A stretch of DNA of 64,000 nucleotides from Bacilli bacterium (GTDB lineage Bacteria > Bacillota_I > Bacilli_A > RF39 > UBA660), in assembly GCA_017513865.1 (NCBI GenBank), contig JAFWMN010000006.1, positions 2,857 to 66,856 of the forward strand, written 5' to 3'. Shown in pieces: positions 1 through 8,859 of the stretch. The position numbers and the translations under genes were made by a program. The notes beneath the pieces were generated by a model. The model had not been told where the DNA came from. It was given only the letters and a program-made list of their open reading frames with translations, and did not search any database. Each line of letters opens with the position of its first letter. Position 1 is the first letter of the stretch.

Positions 1-2258
1 GCATTAACTACTAATACATTATTTTTTTGACTAGATGCTAACATAAAGAAATATAATTTATCTTTTTCAATTTCTAATATCTTATTAATCGTTTTTACTT
101 TAGAATCATTTAAATAAGCCTTGAATAATTCATTTTCTTTAAGTTTATCATTAATGTTATGATTTTTTAATAAATCTATATAATCATTGTAATCAATATT
201 TTGCATATTTAAATATGATTTTAATAATTCTTGATCTTCAAACACTTTGTCTTTTCCAAAATTTCCATTAAACCATGAATCCACTCTATTTTTAAAATGA
301 TCTGCTAAAGAAGGATTATCGTCTTTCTTTCTTAAAAATAATGTTACTGTATTTGTGCCAGTAGCGCCAAATGTACCACTAGGTAATTCAACAATACTTA
401 TAATATCAAAATGTTTTAAAATTATTTCACGCGCTGATGAATAAAGAGCACTTCCGTTTGTTAATATTGAAGCAGGTAAAATGATACCAGCAACTCCACC
501 TGGTTTTAATAATTGCTTAGCTCTTTCAACAAAGAAAGTTTCTATTGAATTATTTGTTGAATATGCATTTTTATTAACCAAATTAGTTAAATCAAATTTT
601 GCTCTTTCATCTTCAGTTAATGTTTCTAAAAAACCTTTTACAGAATAAGGAGGATTTGCAATTAATATATCATATTGTCCATCTTTTATATTGTTGTTAT
701 CAGCTAAAGCATCACCATAAGTTATATTAATATTATCTTGTCCATACATAAATGCTGATACTTTTGATACCTTAGACAAACGATATTCTTTTTCTATACC
801 GTCAATACCTGAGTAACAATTTTGTAACTCTTCTTCAGTACCAAAGTACTTTTTAATTTGTGATGCATATTCTGTTAAAAAGTGGCCTGCTCCACAAGCA
901 TAATCTATTACTTTTGGATAATTATCATTATTATCTATAATTTCTTTTAATGGTAAAGATGAAACAATAAATCTAGTTATTGGAAGTGGAGTAAAGAATT
1001 GTCCTTCACTTTGTTTTATACCATCATCAAGAAAACCTTCAAATAAATCGCCTAAGAATTGATTTTGTTCCTCTGTTTTCAATTTAATATCTTGGAACAT
1101 TTTTACCATTTTTAATAATACTTCTGAATTTTGTTTAAATAATTCTTCGTTATGAACATCAATAAATGCAAAATCATTATTTGTATAAAATTTCAATTCT
1201 CTAAAGTATTCCATCACTTTATCTTTTGTTGCATCAGGATCATTTTTAAATAATTTAAATGCATCATTTAATTGTTTGTTATCAATATAAGTTACTTCCT
1301 CGTTAAGGAATTTTTGCATTCCATCTTTATATAACTTTTGAAGTCTATCTTGTAGTTGATAATAATCATCAAATGCAATTCCTTTCCAGTTAAATTTTAA
1401 GCTATTAGGATGTTGTATTTCATCAACTATTTTTGCTAAAAAGATATTTATTAATTTATCAAATGCATTTTCATGTCCAGAAACATTATGTTGTCTTAAT
1501 ATAGTTGCAAACTCATTATATTTCTTTTGTGTATCTTCAAATCCAACACTTTTTAAATCTTTAATAGAGTAAACTTTATTAATTTCGTATGGAGCAACGC
1601 TATCTTCAAATATACCAGTTTCTTCATATTCTAAATTATATATTTCTTTCCACACTTTATATAATTCTTTTACATCAGATGCATCCTTATATTTTAATCT
1701 TTTAGAAGCTTTTAATGTTTTTAGATAATCTTCATTATCTTTTAGAGTCATTATTCTATCAACATATGTAATTTTGTCTTCATCTATATCTGATGCATAT
1801 AAACATAAATATTGAGTTCTTTTAACTTGTTGAGCATAACTGAAAAGTTGATCTCCATCGACAAGTGTTTTTTGCCATGCCTTATCAAATTCATCACCAA
1901 AAGTTTTACATTCAATAATCAAAAACTCATGTCCATTATTATCTTTAACTAATATATCGGCCTTACCACCAGAAGCACCTCTTCCTAATTGCCATCTAGG
2001 TTCTAATTCCAAATTTCTAGCAAAATAACCTTTAGCTAATAATCTTGTAACACACTCTAATACAACAAAGTTTTCAGGATGTTCAAAATTTGAAGTTGTT
2101 TTATCATTTACTTTTAATTCATCTGGATACTTAATAGTTTTTTCTTTTAAATCTACCATTATACAAGCTGAATTATCAAAAAACCTTATATATAAATTTT
2201 CATCTTCTGTTGAATAATGCATTAATTTTAATAAATCTTTTATATTTTCCTTCTTTAT
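1..2258 (-). CDS. Type IIG restriction-modification enzyme (PD-ExK nuclease fused to gamma-class N6-adenine methyltransferase). N-terminal about 750 aa only; the C-terminus with the target-recognition domain lies beyond the window start
   Basis: Minus-strand frame is open from the ATG at 2258 to position 1, read manually. The N-terminus has a D-x(n)-E-C-K nuclease motif (ADILVKD...LIIECK). Downstream are MTase motif X/I (QFFTP, IDYACGAGHF) and motif IV NPPY (LIANPPYS at about 645-656). The ATG at 2258 lies 15 nt after the stop of the upstream XRE gene. Confidence 0.7.
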   Translation of the reverse strand, partial: MKKENIKDLLKLMHYSTEDENLYIRFFDNSACIMVDLKEKTIKYPDELKVNDKTTSNFEHPENFVVLECVTRLLAKGYFARNLELEPRWQLGRGASGGKADILVKDNNGHEFLIIECKTFGDEFDKAWQKTLVDGDQLFSYAQQVKRTQYLCLYASDIDEDKITYVDRIMTLKDNEDYLKTLKASKRLKYKDASDVKELYKVWKEIYNLEYEETGIFEDSVAPYEINKVYSIKDLKSVGFEDTQKKYNEFATILRQHNVSGHENAFDKLINIFLAKIVDEIQHPNSLKFNWKGIAFDDYYQLQDRLQKLYKDGMQKFLNEEVTYIDNKQLNDAFKLFKNDPDATKDKVMEYFRELKFYTNNDFAFIDVHNEELFKQNSEVLLKMVKMFQDIKLKTEEQNQFLGDLFEGFLDDGIKQSEGQFFTPLPITRFIVSSLPLKEIIDNNDNYPKVIDYACGAGHFLTEYASQIKKYFGTEEELQNCYSGIDGIEKEYRLSKVSKVSAFMYGQDNINITYGDALADNNNIKDGQYDILIANPPYSVKGFLETLTEDERAKFDLTNLVNKNAYSTNNSIETFFVERAKQLLKPGGVAGIILPASILTNGSALYSSAREIILKHFDIISIVELPSGTFGATGTNTVTLFLRKKDDNPSLADHFKNRVDSWFNGNFGKDKVFEDQELLKSYLNMQNIDYNDYIDLLKNHNINDKLKENELFKAYLNDSKVKTINKILEIEKDKLYFFMLASSQKNNVLVVN

Positions 2259-2273
2259 CATAACTTCTTCCTC

Positions 2274-2792
2274 CTATGGTTTCTTTGGTAATTTTGAATA
2301 GTCATATTTATGTTGAATCGGTTCTAATTCATTAAATACTTCTTCTATATCTTTTGCTATTTCTTTGTTCGAATATTTTTCTTTATTTCGTTCAGCCATT
2401 TCAATTTTGTTTGTAATTGCATTTAATTTGCTTCTTGCCGATGAACATTGTTTTCTTTTTTGTGCATCCCAATCTAATAAATTCATTTCAGATTGTTGAT
2501 ATTCATCTAAAAGTTCTTTTAATTGTCTATTAGACATTCCAGCATATCTATCAGCACTTAATGATTTTATTACACTATTAAATCCACAAGCTTCTAATAA
2601 ATTTTCTAAATTTAATTCTAATGGAATTGATATTTGATAAAGATCATCTAACTTTATCTTTTTTATTTTTCCATTAACAATATCATTTAAAGTACTTCTA
2701 CTAATACCTGTTAATTTAGCAAGTTGTCTTTGTGATATTTTCTTATTTTCTATAGCATCTAGTATTAAGTTTTGTAGTTTTTCTGAATTCAT
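2274..2792 (-). CDS. XRE-family HTH transcriptional regulator with a 100-aa C-terminal extension; controller or repressor candidate
   Basis: N-terminal HTH (ISQRQLAKLTGISRSTLNDIVNGK). Transcribed divergently from the rep-mob-int genes and 15 nt upstream of the type IIG gene start. Confidence 0.7.
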   Translation of the reverse strand: MNSEKLQNLILDAIENKKISQRQLAKLTGISRSTLNDIVNGKIKKIKLDDLYQISIPLELNLENLLEACGFNSVIKSLSADRYAGMSNRQLKELLDEYQQSEMNLLDWDAQKRKQCSSARSKLNAITNKIEMAERNKEKYSNKEIAKDIEEVFNELEPIQHKYDYSKLPKKP

Positions 2793-2855
2793 AAAATCCC
2801 TACTTTCTTCCCTAATTATTCATACACAATTACATTTTACCACTAAAAAATTTAA

Positions 2856-2934
2856 TTGTCTACATTTTCGGACAAAAAAGTATTGACAACTTTCTCGGAC
2901 AGTGTTATTATTAAATTGTCCAATACTTCGGACA
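2856..2934. promoter_or_regulatory. Divergent promoter/operator region: three TCGGACA direct repeats (2868, 2895, 2928) and two inverted repeats, TTGTC-N10-GACAA and GGACA-N15-TGTCC; -35 TTGACA at 2883-2888
   Basis: Repeats read directly from the sequence. Located between the divergent XRE gene and the 3118 ORF. Confidence 0.35.
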
Positions 2935-3117
2935 CAGAAAGGAGATGATGAATTACAACTTAGTAGTTGCGGAAATCACCGATATGCCGAACTTATAAAA
3001 TGCAAGGTCGAAATAATAACCCTATTGGCACGGGAGTTACGAAATAACTAAAATTTCGAATATATGGGAGAACCCAGGGATAACTCTACTCTATTTTAAA
3101 AGAAAGGAGGTAAGAAA

Positions 3118-3393
3118 ATGGGAAACTTTAAAGTATATAGAGCTTTTGATGAATTTCTAAAAGATCCAAATATATCTTTAAGAGCTAAGGGATTCTTAAC
3201 AATGGTATTAACTAATAATATTACTACTGGATTTGAAGTAGAAAAATATTGTTCAGATTCTAAAGAAGATATTAAAGACGCTTTATTAGAATTAAGAATT
3301 GCTAAGTATATAAGATATAACTCAGAAACTAATATGTTAGAAGCAAATGCTGTTCCATACGATAAATGGAATGAAGAAGAATACGAATTATAA
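3118..3393 (+). CDS. Hypothetical small protein of the mobile element
   Basis: ORF with strong RBS (AAAGGAGGT, 7 nt before ATG); no recognisable motif. Confidence 0.45.
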   Translation: MGNFKVYRAFDEFLKDPNISLRAKGFLTMVLTNNITTGFEVEKYCSDSKEDIKDALLELRIAKYIRYNSETNMLEANAVPYDKWNEEEYEL

Positions 3394-3411
3394 GAAAGGA
3401 TGTGATAATGT

Positions 3412-3654
3412 ATGACAGCAAGTGAAACATTAAAATTAATAGCAAAACAATGGTGTAATTTAAGTGATTTAATGAAACTAGCTGGTGTTGGTAGAAATAA
3501 TGCATTAGTTATTAAAAGCACTATAAAGAAAAAATTAGAAAGTGAAAACTATTATGTTCCAAATAATGCAGTACCAATGCAAGAAGTTGTTAAATACTTA
3601 AATATAGATATTCCATACTTAGAAGCTAGAGCAAATACTATAAAGGAGGCATAA
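3412..3654 (+). CDS. Hypothetical small protein, possible DNA-binding or excisionase-like accessory protein
   Basis: 80-aa ORF immediately upstream of the rep-like gene; weak HTH-like stretch (LAGVGRNNALVIK). Confidence 0.35.
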   Translation: MTASETLKLIAKQWCNLSDLMKLAGVGRNNALVIKSTIKKKLESENYYVPNNAVPMQEVVKYLNIDIPYLEARANTIKEA

Positions 3655-3658
3655 AGAT

Positions 3659-4612
3659 ATGAAGGCTTTTGAAGAACTAAAAGAAACCACAAAAAAAGAC
3701 ATCATAATCGATGGGATAATGAGGTCTAAAGGTGTGTACTTATTAGTATCTAAACCTAAAGTTGGTAAGTCCTTATTTGCGTTACAACTTGCCAACTCAA
3801 TCGCTAACAATAAAGCATTTTTAGGTCATGAGATTCTAAAGCCTTCACCTGTCTTATATATTACTACAGAATTGTCAGATAGTCAATTAAAGGACAGGTG
3901 TAACCTATTAGGAATAAGTTTTGAAAAGAATGAATTCTTTGTAATAGATAGAGATGAAAAACAAAGTATTAACTTTATGGATATTGAATATCAAGTTAAA
4001 GAATTTGCTGAAGAATTAAATGGAAGAATATTAATTCTAGATATGTTAAAAGATATTGATTTCAATATCTCTTATGATATTAATAGTTATCAAGATATAT
4101 CTCAAAAACTTATGCCAAAGATTAGAAGCTATGCTGATAAGTATAATTTAACAATACTATTTGTTCATCATTTGAACAAGTTAGGTAAAACACTAGGCTC
4201 AACTGGATTTGATGCCGTAGTAGATGGAATAATTAGATTAAGTAAAAACAGTTTTGATGATAATATTATCAAAATGGAAATAATAAATAGAGATTTCCCT
4301 GATGAAGAAGAATATCTTCATAAAGATAAGAATCAAGTTTTCTCAATAACAAAAGACAATGCTTTAGAAATAGCTAATCCTGTAATAGTAGCTTTTGTAA
4401 AGTATGCTATTAGAGAAAAGAAATTTGATTTTACGATTAGTGAAATCATAAATAAAGCAAATCTAATGTGTACTCCTACTCAGTTAGGTAAGCTATTAAA
4501 TACTCAAAAAGATTTGCTTGAACAAGAAGGTCTTCATATAAGTAAATATAGAACTACCGAAGGTAGAATGTATCATATTGATTATGAAGAACCTTCTTTA
4601 GAAAATGAATAA
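3659..4612 (+). CDS. AAA_25/RecA-fold replication ATPase (RepA-like) of a mobile element
   Basis: Walker A SKPKVGKS, Walker B ILILD, HHLNK motif; typical partner of MobV and Int in IMEs. Confidence 0.65.
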   Translation: MKAFEELKETTKKDIIIDGIMRSKGVYLLVSKPKVGKSLFALQLANSIANNKAFLGHEILKPSPVLYITTELSDSQLKDRCNLLGISFEKNEFFVIDRDEKQSINFMDIEYQVKEFAEELNGRILILDMLKDIDFNISYDINSYQDISQKLMPKIRSYADKYNLTILFVHHLNKLGKTLGSTGFDAVVDGIIRLSKNSFDDNIIKMEIINRDFPDEEEYLHKDKNQVFSITKDNALEIANPVIVAFVKYAIREKKFDFTISEIINKANLMCTPTQLGKLLNTQKDLLEQEGLHISKYRTTEGRMYHIDYEEPSLENE

Positions 4613-4859
4613 ACGTGGCACGTTTTGTTTCGAAGAAATGAAAGTGGCGATAGTGAATCATTTTCTTGTTTTAGAGAATTGATAAATTCGATAAAACACT
4701 TGTTACACAAGTGGAGCCTTTGAATTTATTTCATTGGCTTCTAACTTTGTAACAAGCATATGGGATTTTTAAGGATCACCTTAAACTCACGGGCTGTGCC
4801 CTAGTGAGATATGGCACACTTATAAATAAGAATGCCAATATTTATGAAAGGAGTACAAA
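4613..4859 (+). promoter_or_regulatory. Candidate oriT / nic region upstream of mob
   Basis: Locally GC-rich inverted repeats in an AT-rich background: AACGTGGCACGTT (4613-4625), CACTTGTTACACAAGTG (about 4698-4714), CTCACGGGCTGTGCCCTAGTGAG (about 4788-4810). Immediately 5' of the MobV relaxase gene. Confidence 0.35.
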
Positions 4860-6287
4860 ATGAATGTAGATTATCAAGTGCTCACTTTTAAGAATCAAAT
4901 AAAACCTAAAGATATTGGTGGACTTGGAGTCGAATTAAATGATAGAAAAGGTTCTGGAAATTATGATAAAGAAAGAACTCAATTTAATATAGAATATGTT
5001 GGATTCGATGGTCATCCTACTCTATCTAGTAAAGTATATGAAACTATCTATACTAATAATATTCATTTCAATAAAGGTGATAATACGAATATATTAAATG
5101 GTTGTGTTGTAACATCTGGTCCAGAGTTTTTTAGAAAACTAGGATTACCTATGAAAGACACAGGAAGAGTTCATGTAGAAGGTAAACATATTGGAGAGCC
5201 TATCTTCTGTCCTGATATCAAATCTAAAGAAGATATACCTGAACCAGTATTAGAATACTTCAATGAATCATATCGATTTTTGTCGAATATTGTCGGTAAA
5301 GAAAATGTAGTTTATGCGGGAGTACATTTTGATGAAGATACTCCACATATGCACTTTTACTTTTTACCAGTAGTAGATTATGTTAGAAGAAAAGTATTTG
5401 AAACAGATGAATCTGGTAAAAGATTAACTAAACAAATATATACTAAAAACAATACAATCAAAAATGTTCCTATTCAAAAGCTAAATGAAAAAGGAAAACC
5501 TATATATGAAGTTGAATATGGAAAGTTTCTAAATACAGATGAGTTTTGGAAACAACTCGGAGGTAAAGCATCATTTGCTAGACTTCAAGATCAATATAAT
5601 GAATATATAACATCTAAAGGTTTTGAATTAGATAGAGGCGAAATTGGTGCTAATAAATATCACCAAGAAAAAGCTGAGCACAATATTAAAGTATTAGAAG
5701 ATAAAATAGATAAATTAAATAAAGAACTTGAAATAACTAAGTCCATAAATGAGATTGAATTAAAAACTAAAGTTGAAATTAAGAATCTAGATGAAGATAC
5801 AGTTTTAAATCCATCTAAAGACTTTTTAAAGCGATATAAAGACAAAGATGTAGAGAAACTTATAGATTATAGTAAAGAGATTAAAAAAGAAAATTTAGCT
5901 ACTAAAAAAGAGTCTGATAAGAAATCTATAGAAATAGAAAAACTTGAAAACCAAATTAAACAATTTAAATCTGGTAAAACTTATAAAGATAAAGATCAAG
6001 TTATAGCTAAACAAGAAACAATCATTAATGAACAAAAAGGAATAATTGAGAATCTTAATAATGAAATAAAGCAATTAAAAGAAAAGATTGAAAGATTAAC
6101 TAATATTATATGGACTAAATTAAATGATGCTTATTTAGCTGTTGCTCACCTACTAGGATTTAAAAATGTTAATAAGGATAATGTTAATCACGATATTATG
6201 GAATATAGAGTTCAAGAAGTTAATAGAAAACACGAACCAAAGCACGAAAAATCAACAAAGAATAAATCTGATGATTACGAATTATAA
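4860..6287 (+). CDS. MobV-family (Mob_Pre) relaxase / plasmid recombination enzyme with C-terminal coiled coil
   Basis: Motif HFDEDTPHMHFYFLP (HxDE...PHxH relaxase motif III); N-terminal relaxase fold, coiled-coil tail. Confidence 0.8.
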   Translation: MNVDYQVLTFKNQIKPKDIGGLGVELNDRKGSGNYDKERTQFNIEYVGFDGHPTLSSKVYETIYTNNIHFNKGDNTNILNGCVVTSGPEFFRKLGLPMKDTGRVHVEGKHIGEPIFCPDIKSKEDIPEPVLEYFNESYRFLSNIVGKENVVYAGVHFDEDTPHMHFYFLPVVDYVRRKVFETDESGKRLTKQIYTKNNTIKNVPIQKLNEKGKPIYEVEYGKFLNTDEFWKQLGGKASFARLQDQYNEYITSKGFELDRGEIGANKYHQEKAEHNIKVLEDKIDKLNKELEITKSINEIELKTKVEIKNLDEDTVLNPSKDFLKRYKDKDVEKLIDYSKEIKKENLATKKESDKKSIEIEKLENQIKQFKSGKTYKDKDQVIAKQETIINEQKGIIENLNNEIKQLKEKIERLTNIIWTKLNDAYLAVAHLLGFKNVNKDNVNHDIMEYRVQEVNRKHEPKHEKSTKNKSDDYEL

Positions 6288-6355
6288 TATAGTTGTGATA
6301 AAATATATATAACGTTGATTTTACGGGCATTAAGATAAGGAGGTAATAATATTAA

Positions 6356-7513
6356 ATGTCTGTAAGAAAACTACCTGATAATAAGGTAACTAAAGATGGA
6401 AGAGCATATGCATTTTATATAAATGAATATGGTCTAGATGGTAAAAGACATCAACATCAATCTAAAGCTTATATGACTTATGAAGAAGCCGTACAAGCTG
6501 AAAAAGATTATATTAATAAATATAAAGATATCGAAATAAATCCTCATATTACTTTCTATCAAGCATATCAAAAAGTATATGATTATAAGAAAGATAAGAT
6601 TAGACCTACTACTCTTAAAACTTATAGAGATAGAATAGTATTTATGAAATTATTTTGGGATGTAGAGTTAGTCGATTTAGATAGTGATTTATATCAACGT
6701 TGGAGAAACCAATTAAATAAAACTAATTTATCCGATAGATATAAAACGGATATACAAAAGTTAATTAAAACAATATGTAATTTTGCAGAAAAACAATGGG
6801 ATTTCAATTTAAGAAAGTTTTATAATAAATTAGAACCTTTTAAAACACCCGGTGCAGTAAAAAAAGAAATGGAAGTATATAAACCTGAGGAGTTCTACAA
6901 ATTCATATCAGTAGTTAATGATCCTCAAATGAGATGTTTGTATAAATCATTATATTACTGTGGATTACGTAGAGGTGAAGCTAGAGGACTTCAATGGAAA
7001 AATGTAGATTTAGAAAATAGAAGAATCTATATTAAACATCAAGTACAAAATGATCCAGTTACTAATAATGATAAGAAATGGGAAATATGTGCTTGTAAAA
7101 CAGCTACTTCACATAGGACAATACCTATTCCAGAAGATTTATATAATGAATTAATTTCACTTAAAGCACAAGAAAAAAGATACAACAGGAACTTCAGAGA
7201 TACTTGGTTTGTATTTGGTGGCAAAGAACCTATTGGAACTCATAAAATGAATAACTGGAAAAATTCATATTGTAAGAAAGCTGGTATAAAACAAATTAGA
7301 TTACATGACTTTAGACATAGTTGTGTATCAGCACTTATTAATGGAAACAATCCAGTAACTACTATATCAGCATTTGTTGGTCACTCTACTCCAACAGAAA
7401 CACTTGATACTTACTCTCATATGTTCGAAGAATCACTAGAAGGAGTAACTAATTATTTCGATAAAATTTACGAAGAAAATAACAAAAAAACATCCGAAGA
7501 TGTTGATAATTGA
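6356..7513 (+). CDS. int: Tyrosine site-specific recombinase (phage-type integrase)
   Basis: C-terminal catalytic residues R...HDFRHSCVSALI...TLDTYSHM (R-HxxR-Y); N-terminal SAM-like domain. Confidence 0.85.
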   Translation: MSVRKLPDNKVTKDGRAYAFYINEYGLDGKRHQHQSKAYMTYEEAVQAEKDYINKYKDIEINPHITFYQAYQKVYDYKKDKIRPTTLKTYRDRIVFMKLFWDVELVDLDSDLYQRWRNQLNKTNLSDRYKTDIQKLIKTICNFAEKQWDFNLRKFYNKLEPFKTPGAVKKEMEVYKPEEFYKFISVVNDPQMRCLYKSLYYCGLRRGEARGLQWKNVDLENRRIYIKHQVQNDPVTNNDKKWEICACKTATSHRTIPIPEDLYNELISLKAQEKRYNRNFRDTWFVFGGKEPIGTHKMNNWKNSYCKKAGIKQIRLHDFRHSCVSALINGNNPVTTISAFVGHSTPTETLDTYSHMFEESLEGVTNYFDKIYEENNKKTSEDVDN

Positions 7514-7831
7514 TGGGTGGTTGATGGGTAGCGCATTTTCAACGTTACCCTGAACCCTTTTAAATTAAAGGCAAAACAGTATTTTCTTTTAACCCACAGG
7601 GGGCGGAATATTTTAGTCACTGATTCGTACACTGTAGTTCGAATTCCTCCCTTATAAAATAAGGCTTTGTACACTATAGTTCATTTTTTCATATTTTTGC
7701 AATATGGTATTTAGATACCTAAAATGGTATGTAAAACTGGTCCTAAATTTTCAAGTAAAATACTTCTTGTTTTTATTACGAAAAATAAGATAAAAGAAAA
7801 AACTAGGATTCCAACGGAAAACTAGTTTTTT

Positions 7832-7864
7832 TTAAAATTAAAAAGCCTCCAAATGGAGGCGCAC
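7832..7864 (-). terminator. Rho-independent terminator, minus strand
   Basis: GCGCCTCC-ATTT-GGAGGC hairpin followed by TTTTTAATTTT on the minus strand, downstream of the 8111-8842 gene. Confidence 0.5.
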
Positions 7865-8110
7865 TTAAAAAGTGAAAAACCACATAAATGTGCACTAATT
7901 AAATGTACTATTATTATATTCAAATACGATTATTTTATTCATATATAAAGCAAAAACTAGCTTACGCTAGTCTTTGAAACACAACTTCCATATATGCAAA
8001 AAACATACATGCATTAATTAAATGTACTTTAATTATACAGATATTTTGATCTTTTGTCAATTTTTTTTTAAAAAGTTTTTGAAAAATTTTACAAAAAAAA
8101 TTTTTAATAA

Positions 8111-8842
8111 TTATTTAAATAAATAATATTTCGAAATTGCTTTTTTTATTTCAGCATAATCTTTCTTTGTTATTATTGCTAGTTTATCCTTTGCAAAATA
8201 AGGTGCATGAATTCTTTTTGAACTTAAATTCATCATATTTTCTATCTTAGCGGTTCCTTCTGCTAAACACTCAAGATCATAGTGAAAATAGTACTTATCA
8301 GATCTTCTTTTCGTAGTAAGCGGTATCATTGCCCACAATTTTTTATCACCTGTTGGCCTCCATAATATTGCTGGTCTTAGCTTTCTTAATTCACTACCAA
8401 TACCTATTCCAAAATCAACCCAGTAAATTGCATTTTGAATTAATTTATCTTCTTCTACATCTTTTTTATTAATTATATATTTATCTCTGCACCATTTTAT
8501 ATAGCTTATTCCCTCAATATCACTTTTTATATTCTTGTTTAAAAATCCAAGCAATGAATTCTTACCTTCTTGTAATATTAAATTAAAATCCTTTTTAGTT
8601 AACTTTAATGGTTTACCATGAACATAAATACATCTATTCATTTTAGATCTATTATAATCAGCAATTTTATTTACATCTACATATTTGTTAATGGAATTGC
8701 AATAAATACAGCCTTCTTTTTCTTTAGAGTATACTGGCATTCCAACATAATGATTTGCTGAAATATCATAGATAATTAAAACCCATTCCTTATCAACTCT
8801 TTCATTAGTTTCATATATTTGTTTAAAATTAATTGTTAACAT
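8111..8842 (-). CDS. MazF/PemK-fold toxin domain (C-terminal about 110 aa) fused to an uncharacterised 130-aa N-terminal Cys-containing domain
   Basis: IYWVDFGIGIGSELRKLRPAILWRP aligns with MazF LIWVDFDPTKGSEQAGHRPAVVL. IPLTTKRR corresponds to MazF CVPCTTQ. No MazE-like small gene upstream. Confidence 0.65.
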   Translation of the reverse strand: MLTINFKQIYETNERVDKEWVLIIYDISANHYVGMPVYSKEKEGCIYCNSINKYVDVNKIADYNRSKMNRCIYVHGKPLKLTKKDFNLILQEGKNSLLGFLNKNIKSDIEGISYIKWCRDKYIINKKDVEEDKLIQNAIYWVDFGIGIGSELRKLRPAILWRPTGDKKLWAMIPLTTKRRSDKYYFHYDLECLAEGTAKIENMMNLSSKRIHAPYFAKDKLAIITKKDYAEIKKAISKYYLFK

Positions 8843-8859
8843 TTACTACACCTCACTAA

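Noticed and set aside
7628-7660. tRNA-like GTTCGAATTCC T-loop sequence
   Set aside because: No complementary T-stem, acceptor stem or CCA-compatible 3' end could be drawn. At best it is a tRNA remnant. No intact tRNA, rRNA or CRISPR array was found anywhere in the window.
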